Origin: an uncultured Muribaculaceae bacterium
GTDB taxonomy: Bacteria > Bacillota_I > Bacilli_A > RF39 > UBA660
Assembly: GCA_964551965.1 (NCBI GenBank)
Contig: CAZKFB010000005.1
Span: 1 to 45,768, forward strand
DNA length: 45,768 nucleotides
Reading direction: 5' to 3'
The position numbers and the translations under genes are program-made. Each line of letters starts with the position of its first letter. Positions within the stretch are counted from its first letter, which is position 1. This document shows, piece after piece, positions 39,435 through 45,768 of the stretch. The notes beneath the pieces are model-generated. The model ran no database searches. It had not been told where the DNA came from and worked only from the letters and a program-made list of their open reading frames with translations.

Positions 39435-40598
39435 TTATTTTCCTAATACAGTTAGTAAACTATAGTATTCATTATCTACTTTAACAAATAGGGAAATATC
39501 ATCAGGAGCATTAACTTTAAGTAAAGCATTTCCATCTACTTCATATGAATAAACTAAGTTATTATATTTATTTACCATTAGTAATGTTACTTTTTTATCT
39601 TTAAAATCAACACTTACATATTCTCCCATAAGTGATATATCAAAATCATCTTCATAGATTTCTGCTTTATCTAATCCACTTACTATAGTTTCTGTATTTA
39701 TGTTCTCAAATAATGAATAATCATAGTTATCCATACACTTATTAATATCATAAGAAATTGCTCCATTATAATAGTCTACTGATTGAGCAATATAATCTGA
39801 TTCTTCTAAAGAGAAATTGATATTATGATTAATTTTACTTGTATCAGTTGTAATTGAATGTATTTTACCTAAATAATCCATTTCAAGAACTATATTCTTT
39901 ATATTAGAATTATTAAATCTTCTTGTATTATATTCTGCTAATATACGATTATCTTTAACTAAATAACCACTTAGATAATCAAAATCTAAATAGAAATTTA
40001 AATTATTATCTCCATCAAAACCTCTTATTATAGAATTATTATTATTAATATTTCCCATTAAGATAATGGAAGACTTATTATTATCTTTTATTTCTCTTAG
40101 ATCAAAATCATTTACAAAGTCATTTAATGATTCAGTAGCAATACTTGTTGTTGATCTTTCGCCACTAGAAGACTCTAAAGTAATAACATTATTACTATTA
40201 TTATATAATCCAATTACTGGAATAATATGCATTACTGACTCTTTGTCTTCAGCAACTTTAACATCATTTATATATAGAGAAACACTTTCTTTATTCATTG
40301 TATTAAAAATAACAATAGCTGATAAAGGACTTATACCATAAGGATTTACCATTACATAAGGATTATTCAATGAATAATTTCCATTTTTTGCTATATCCTT
40401 TAATTGTTCATCAACATTTTCTTGTTTTCTCAATAGTTCAGATAGATTATTATCTAAGTATGTATTATAGTTCTTAAAATAATTGTCCGTATTAATTAAC
40501 CGATTAGATAAAAGAACAGTTAAAAATATCATTGATATTCCAAATATTAAAAATACGATAAATATCATTGATGCACTTACTTTATTATTCTCTTTCAT
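39435..40598 (-). CDS. Membrane-anchored protein with arylsulfotransferase N-terminal Ig-like domain
   Basis: N-terminal TM; NPYVMVNPYGISPLSAIVIF...HIIPVIGLY...N.ITL; too short for a full ASST propeller. Confidence 0.7.
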   Translation of the reverse strand: MKENNKVSASMIFIVFLIFGISMIFLTVLLSNRLINTDNYFKNYNTYLDNNLSELLRKQENVDEQLKDIAKNGNYSLNNPYVMVNPYGISPLSAIVIFNTMNKESVSLYINDVKVAEDKESVMHIIPVIGLYNNSNNVITLESSSGERSTTSIATESLNDFVNDFDLREIKDNNKSSIILMGNINNNNSIIRGFDGDNNLNFYLDFDYLSGYLVKDNRILAEYNTRRFNNSNIKNIVLEMDYLGKIHSITTDTSKINHNINFSLEESDYIAQSVDYYNGAISYDINKCMDNYDYSLFENINTETIVSGLDKAEIYEDDFDISLMGEYVSVDFKDKKVTLLMVNKYNNLVYSYEVDGNALLKVNAPDDISLFVKVDNEYYSLLTVLGK

Positions 40599-40670
40599 AT
40601 TACCACTCTCTATTCTAATAAAATTATATCTTAGTAATTGAAAAAAGTAAATTATTTATTTTCAAACATG

Positions 40671-40698
40671 AAAAAACTCTAGCCTGATAAACTAGAGT
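40671..40698 (-). terminator. Terminator of candidate ncRNA
   Basis: ACTCTAGTTT-ATC-AGGCTAGAGT followed by a U-tract (two U-G pairs). Confidence 0.85.
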
Positions 40699-41018
40699 AA
40701 TTTCAAGTTTTGAATAGATACCAATTATTATTATCAGTAATAACCAGCACTCATAACTTCTTGTGAGTTTTCTTTCTCAATAACACGTGTATACTTAGTC
40801 GAAGTTATAGTCAATAAGACATTCGATAATATAAACAAATAATAAATCTGGTAGTCTATCAAGATTACAAGTAACCATGAATCAACATACTTATTTATTA
40901 ATGTTTATAGAGTAGTTAAACTAAAAATAAATTAACATTTAAAATGTTAGAAGTATAGTTTTATTAACATAAAAGTATACAAGAAATTAAAATCGTTAAC
41001 TACTTCATTATACTAAGT
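40671..41018 (-). ncRNA. Candidate large structured noncoding RNA (~345 nt)
   Basis: Perfect promoter, four nested stem domains with G-U pairs, intrinsic terminator, no substantial ORF. Confidence 0.7.
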
Positions 41019-41024
41019 AACTTT

Positions 41025-41053
41025 ATTATACTTAGTAATTAGAAAATTGTCAA
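41025..41053 (-). promoter_or_regulatory. Consensus sigma-A promoter
   Basis: TTGACA (41053-41048), 17-nt spacer, TATAAT (41030-41025). Confidence 0.85.
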
Positions 41054-41059
41054 TATATG

Positions 41060-43162
41060 TTAGTCACTAAAATCAAAAATGACTTTATCTTTGTCAAGTT
41101 TAAGTTTAGCATCAAAACTTTTTCCATTTTTGGAAATAAAACCATTTATTTTTGATGTTATTCCATCATTTAATAGGCTTTCTGCATGTCTTTTAGATAT
41201 TACACGATTACAAATAACTGTATTAATTTTAAAAGAACAATTCTTATAATCTTTACATCCGTAAGCATATCTGTTCTTTACAACATCATTTCCACATATT
41301 GGACATTTACCTATAATATCACCATAGAATCCAGTATCTTTATCTTTTTCAATTGGATGATCTTTATTTTTGAATATTTCACTTATTTCATCAGTAGCTA
41401 TCTTGATAGAATCATTTACTGTTATTTCTTCTCTAAATACCTTTTTTAATGCTTTACCCATTTCACTAGTCTTATATTTATCCATAGATATATCCATTTG
41501 ACTTAAAGATTCTATTAAGTATATTCCTTGATTTTGAATAGTATAAACATCTTTATTAAGTGCTATATATTCTGAAGAAATGGCATTCTTAATTATTCCC
41601 GTTCTCGTAGCTTCAGTACCAAGTTCCAAACCTTCGAATATTGCCTTGTAATCTTCTGTATCATCTACTTCTTCAGAATTTTCTTCTAAAGCTTTTTTAT
41701 CTTCTTTAAATGGATTCTTTAAATAATTGTTTAAAGTTTCAATTGTATAATGTTTAGGAGGAGTTGTTTCCTTTTCTTTTGGCTTAAAATTAATATTAAC
41801 TTTTTCACCAATACTCAAATTAGGTAAGATTTTATCTTTAGTTGATGCATCATCAAATTTTGTCCATCCGGGAGTAATAATGATAGTTCCCTTTAAAGTA
41901 AATTCTTCTTTGTCCCCACACTTTATTTTTATTTCGGTCTTTTCAACTGTACAATCTTCACTGCAGAATACGGCTACAAATCTTTTAAATACAGTTTGAT
42001 AAACTAAAAATTCTTCTTCCGTTAGATTCTCTTTTTTAGGAATCTTATAAGTTGGTGTTAAAGCTGAATGTGATTCAATCTTAGAATCATCAAATATTGT
42101 TTTCTTATCTTTAAACTTAACTGGATAACCTATTTTAGATATATTATTTAAAATAGTTTTAATCTTATCTTTCTCAGCTACTGCTAAATACTCGGAATTC
42201 GTACGAGGATAAGTTAAATATCCACTTTCATATAATTTTTGTACTATTGATAGAGATTTATCCATCGGCATCTTATACTTTTTACCTAAATAGTTTTGTA
42301 ACTTAGATAAAGAATATAGTTTTCCTGGATTTAAAGTATCTTTCTTTACTTTTTTATCAGTTACTATAGCATCTAAACTATTTAAAGTTGAACAGTAATC
42401 TTCAGCTTTCTTTATATCTTTCTTATCAAACTTTTCTTTACTATTAAGTTCTATTTCTTCATTTTTAGTTAATTCATTACTACTTATTCCATAATACACA
42501 TCTGGTTTGAAATTCTTTATTGCCATATCTCGATCATAAATAGCTTTTACAATAGGAATAATAACTCTCCCTACTCTCAAAAGAGTACCTGTCTTTAATG
42601 TTGCATATCTAGTTAGATTAACACCATAAAGCCAATCAATATAAGTTCTTGCAAATCCTTCATTAGCTAAATTATCATATTCAGTTTCATCTTTTAAATC
42701 ACTTAATCCAGCATTTATAGTTTCCGGAGTTTGATCAGGAACCCATAATCTTACTTTTTTCTTTTCTGATTTCAATGCATTATCAACAATTAATCTAACA
42801 ATTACTTCTCCTTCACGATCAGCATCGCCAGCATTTACAATTGTATCGACATCTTCTCGATTAATTAAACTTTCAATTGTATTATATTGTTTTAAAACAC
42901 CGGGATCAATTTGTTTATTATTACCTTTTTTTAAATTAAATTTAAATTTATTTGGAAAGCATGGAATATTATCCATTGTCCATTTTCCATCAGTTGGAGT
43001 CTCACCGTAATCCTCAATATCAGCTAATGTGAATAAATGACCGAAAGTATAGGTAACAATATATTTATCATTAGTATAAAAGCCATTATTGTTTTTCATA
43101 TTCCCAATTGCATTAACAATGTTTCGTGCAAGTGATGGTTTCTCTGCAATAATAAGAATCAT
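41060..43162 (-). CDS. topB: Type IA DNA topoisomerase (topoisomerase III-like)
   Basis: IAEKPS, GHL, AGDADREG, LTYPRT active Tyr, LGTEATR, C-terminal CPICG zinc ribbon and F.SK.GK.F.AKL repeat. Confidence 0.9.
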   Translation of the reverse strand: MILIIAEKPSLARNIVNAIGNMKNNNGFYTNDKYIVTYTFGHLFTLADIEDYGETPTDGKWTMDNIPCFPNKFKFNLKKGNNKQIDPGVLKQYNTIESLINREDVDTIVNAGDADREGEVIVRLIVDNALKSEKKKVRLWVPDQTPETINAGLSDLKDETEYDNLANEGFARTYIDWLYGVNLTRYATLKTGTLLRVGRVIIPIVKAIYDRDMAIKNFKPDVYYGISSNELTKNEEIELNSKEKFDKKDIKKAEDYCSTLNSLDAIVTDKKVKKDTLNPGKLYSLSKLQNYLGKKYKMPMDKSLSIVQKLYESGYLTYPRTNSEYLAVAEKDKIKTILNNISKIGYPVKFKDKKTIFDDSKIESHSALTPTYKIPKKENLTEEEFLVYQTVFKRFVAVFCSEDCTVEKTEIKIKCGDKEEFTLKGTIIITPGWTKFDDASTKDKILPNLSIGEKVNINFKPKEKETTPPKHYTIETLNNYLKNPFKEDKKALEENSEEVDDTEDYKAIFEGLELGTEATRTGIIKNAISSEYIALNKDVYTIQNQGIYLIESLSQMDISMDKYKTSEMGKALKKVFREEITVNDSIKIATDEISEIFKNKDHPIEKDKDTGFYGDIIGKCPICGNDVVKNRYAYGCKDYKNCSFKINTVICNRVISKRHAESLLNDGITSKINGFISKNGKSFDAKLKLDKDKVIFDFSD

Positions 43163-43235
43163 TTAAAGCCCTCCAAATCGTATATCTCTATTATATCAAC
43201 TTTTATCAAATTAAAAAAGCGGAGATTTCTCCACT

Positions 43236-43976
43236 CTATAGATTATATTCAACACATTCATAAGTGTTCGGAATATCTATATTAGAATTAGAACATATGA
43301 TATATATATTTTTATCACTTAGATTTAAATTATAATCCGTTGTAATAATCTTTATATTAGCAAAATATTTTGATAATAATTTTTTAAACTTCTCAAATTT
43401 ATCAATCGTATTTTCATGTAAGATATAATTAAATGATATATATTTATCTTTATTCAATATTCTATTTAAATTAAAGATAAACCTTTCCTCAAATATCATA
43501 TCTAATGGTTCATTATCTGTATATAAATCTACAAATATTCCATCATACTTTTTATTTGTCTTGATAATATATTCATAAGCATCCGTACAAAAAATACTTA
43601 ATCTTCTATGGCTTGGATCAAATTCTTCATATAGTTTATCTAAATATAAATATTCAAATGATATATCTATTAATTTTTCGTTTATTTCAATAACATCCAT
43701 TGTTTTATCAGGATATTTACTAATATAGTATTTAGGGTAAGTGAAACCACCTCCTCCAAGTACTAATACTGAATTAACACCTCCAAGATTTGATAATACA
43801 TCAAATAACTTAGGATAAGCATCATAGATATCAAACCTTTTATCTTCATCCATATATGAAAGTGATTGATAAGAATTAGAAGACATGATAGTAATTATTC
43901 TTTCATTATTAATATCAAGTTCTTTTAATTGATAATGTTCATCAATCGATTTACTATTTAAAACATTAATACTCAT
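43236..43976 (-). CDS. Spermidine-synthase-like SAM-dependent transferase
   Basis: VLVLGGGGF, DVIEIN, DAYEYI, KYDGIFVDLY. Confidence 0.78.
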   Translation of the reverse strand: MSINVLNSKSIDEHYQLKELDINNERIITIMSSNSYQSLSYMDEDKRFDIYDAYPKLFDVLSNLGGVNSVLVLGGGGFTYPKYYISKYPDKTMDVIEINEKLIDISFEYLYLDKLYEEFDPSHRRLSIFCTDAYEYIIKTNKKYDGIFVDLYTDNEPLDMIFEERFIFNLNRILNKDKYISFNYILHENTIDKFEKFKKLLSKYFANIKIITTDYNLNLSDKNIYIICSNSNIDIPNTYECVEYNL

Positions 43977-43990
43977 TTTATCTCCCTATC

Positions 43991-44019
43991 AAAAAAGAAT
44001 AATTAGTAATTATTCTTTT
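43991..44019 (-). terminator. Terminator after WXG100 module
   Basis: AAAAGAATAATTA/TAATTATTCTTTT stem overlapping the stop codon. Confidence 0.8.
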
Positions 44020-45001
44020 ATTTAAACGTATTGTGTGTTCCGTTTCCGACAAAACTATAACCTTCAGTATTTCTATTTCCGGCTAGAGTGTCATTTATTG
44101 CTTGCATCATTTCTGGCGGAATACAACTCATATCGCTCATTGCACGAGAAAACTTTTCATTATCATATCCATATCCATTAAATTGATTTGGTGCAGATAC
44201 GACTGCCGTTACACTCGAGCCACCATAATTACCAGCTTCAACTCTGTTTAGTATTGATGAAGTAACTCCCATTGTATCTGAATAAGTATATTCATTTCCT
44301 TCAGCTGCTTCAGCATAAACTGTTGCACATAAAACTTTATATTCTTCAGGAGATAAATTATACGCTTGAGCTTGATATGTACGATCCATTGTTCCTGGCG
44401 AATGTGTTCCTGGAATATTTGATCCACCGCTTGGTACTGTTGCATCGACATTTGGCGTATCAACAGCATCATCACTTACAATATTCATAGTGTCTGGATG
44501 TTCTTCAGGAGATTCTTGTACATTTGTATTCTTAGGTGGTTCTGTACTAGAAGTATTTTCATTTGATGTACCAACACCACTTCCTGGTAATGCTGACTTT
44601 ATACCCGTTGCAGCAGCAATAGCACTAAAAGTTAACATTCCATTTTCATCTAAGAAAATTTCACCATTAACATTATATTTTTGACTAGAGTTTTGAAATT
44701 GTTCACTTAAACCAATTCTCTCATCTAATTTATAATCATCTAAATTATTAAAAGCTGTCTTTTTATCTAATATATAATCTTTATACTTTTGATCAATTCT
44801 TGAAGCTGCACTAGATAAATTATTAACTTTTCTAATTAAATCATTGATTTTAGAAGGAACACTAGACATATATCCACTTTGACTAAAAGAACCTGGAGCT
44901 CTAGTAAGAGTTGATTTTGCACTTTGCAAATTTGTTAAAGCATCTTCTAAATTATCTTTAATAGGATCATATATACCTAAACTTGAAATATTTAACTTCA
45001 T
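44018..45001 (-). CDS. Putative type VII effector: helical N-domain, P/S/T linker, SleB/Hydrolase_2 cell-wall hydrolase
   Basis: LCATVYAEA.G...V.S.ILNRV......V.AVV.APNQF; no Sec signal peptide. Confidence 0.8.
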   Translation of the reverse strand: MKLNISSLGIYDPIKDNLEDALTNLQSAKSTLTRAPGSFSQSGYMSSVPSKINDLIRKVNNLSSAASRIDQKYKDYILDKKTAFNNLDDYKLDERIGLSEQFQNSSQKYNVNGEIFLDENGMLTFSAIAAATGIKSALPGSGVGTSNENTSSTEPPKNTNVQESPEEHPDTMNIVSDDAVDTPNVDATVPSGGSNIPGTHSPGTMDRTYQAQAYNLSPEEYKVLCATVYAEAAEGNEYTYSDTMGVTSSILNRVEAGNYGGSSVTAVVSAPNQFNGYGYDNEKFSRAMSDMSCIPPEMMQAINDTLAGNRNTEGYSFVGNGTHNTFK

Positions 45002-45019
45002 ATATTTTCACCTACCATC

Positions 45020-45352
45020 TTAGTAATAATAACTTGAGTTATAGTGTCCGTTTCTTTGAACTTCGTTTTCACAAGAATTTATTTTAACATCTGTATCATC
45101 GGAAAATCTTTTCATTTCATCTGCTATATCTTTCATGTTAGAAATAAACTTCGTGTAAATACTTAAATCTTTATATACTTTTTCACTGTACATTTCAGCA
45201 TTTTTTCCAGTCCATTCACCTGTTACTGGAATACTTTCTATTGTTTTAAAGAAACTATCTACCTTAGCTTGTAATTCATCTAAATAATCACAGATTTTAA
45301 TTCCAGCATCTTTTATTTTTTCTGTATCGCATTCAATATAATTTTCGTTCAT
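45020..45352 (-). CDS. WXG100-family protein
   Basis: 110 aa, two helices with central EWTGKNA (WxG) motif. Confidence 0.85.
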   Translation of the reverse strand: MNENYIECDTEKIKDAGIKICDYLDELQAKVDSFFKTIESIPVTGEWTGKNAEMYSEKVYKDLSIYTKFISNMKDIADEMKRFSDDTDVKINSCENEVQRNGHYNSSYYY

Positions 45353-45355
45353 ATA

Positions 45356-45712
45356 CTACCACCTAAAAGAGCGGAAAGATGCACGTCTTGCTGCCGCTTC
45401 TTCTTCACGGCGTCTTTCCTCTTCCTCTAATCTTTTAATTTCATTCTCTATTTCGTCCATCTTGGAATCAATAGCTGGAAGAACTGTATTTTTTAAATAG
45501 TTAGAGGTTTCAGCACAGCTTTCTTTTAACGATCTTGCTACTTCCCCTATATTACTTCCATCATCATTGATACTATAGTTATTATCTGCAGTATCAGCAA
45601 CTGTTCCTAATGAACTAGATGATTTAATCATATAACTTGCAGTAACACTGACAGAAATTTTATAATTAGCAAAACCTGTTAATAGTCTCTTTAACTCAGC
45701 AATACTTGCCAT
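45356..45712 (-). CDS. Small helical protein, likely WXG100/Lap-like partner
   Basis: 118 aa, helical with E/R-rich C-terminus, GAGGAGG RBS, 3-nt gap before the WXG100 gene. Confidence 0.7.
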   Translation of the reverse strand: MASIAELKRLLTGFANYKISVSVTASYMIKSSSSLGTVADTADNNYSINDDGSNIGEVARSLKESCAETSNYLKNTVLPAIDSKMDEIENEIKRLEEEERRREEEAAARRASFRSFRW

Positions 45713-45768
45713 GTTGAAACCCCTCCTCTATTTAAAAAATATTATTTATTAGTCAATTCTAATGCTTT

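Noticed and set aside
40671-41018. Identification of the large ncRNA as tmRNA, RNase P, T-box or IscB omega-RNA
   Set aside because: No GGGG 5' end or T-arm/CCA 3' end, no GAGGAAAGUCC, no UGGNACC T-box. The TTATTGACTA..GACTAAG resemblance to omega-RNA lacks the pairing GTCAA 5' arm, and no IscB/TnpB gene is nearby
41060-43162. topB as a marker of an ICE or plasmid
   Set aside because: No relaxase, T4SS, integrase or att sites nearby; flanked by chromosomal genes
3550-44684. Short ORF-track entries opposite or inside real genes (3550, 11038, 18350, 19289, 25012, 27710, 31281, 31812, 32411, 33497, 35264, 37371, 40066, 41186, 44248, 44272, 44490)
   Set aside because: Antisense or alternate-frame shadows of well-supported genes; the poly-Val ORFs are simply the reverse of Thr-rich linkers

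Overview
Very AT-rich bacterial chromosomal window with about 45 tightly packed genes, mostly on the minus strand. Many have their own extended -10 (TGnTATAAT) promoter and an intrinsic terminator overlapping the stop codon. Gene content suggests a reduced-genome anaerobic member of the Bacilli, such as the uncultured RF39 group (inference). Recognisable genes are comEA-comEC, an M16 peptidase pair, deoD, stand-alone pduL, nrdDG, gpmI, a PMM/PGM, cdaA-cdaR, an OmpR-family two-component system, a broken yebC, argS and topB. No rRNA, tRNA, CRISPR or transposase was seen. The most notable unexplained signals are: (1) a ~345-nt multi-domain, possibly pseudoknotted noncoding transcript (41018-40671, minus) with a perfect sigma-A promoter and a terminator; (2) a ~113-nt sRNA candidate directly behind the two-component system, with an OmpR-type direct-repeat box; (3) a SipW/TasA-like fibre cluster; (4) a WXG100 module whose effector carries a SleB-type cell-wall hydrolase and has no immunity gene; (5) a divergent sigma-70-like gene flanked by a duplicated terminator half; (6) no TGA stop codon among 44 genes. 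All calls come from reading motifs by eye; no database search or folding program was run. Start codons were moved downstream of the ORF track where RBS or promoter evidence supported it.
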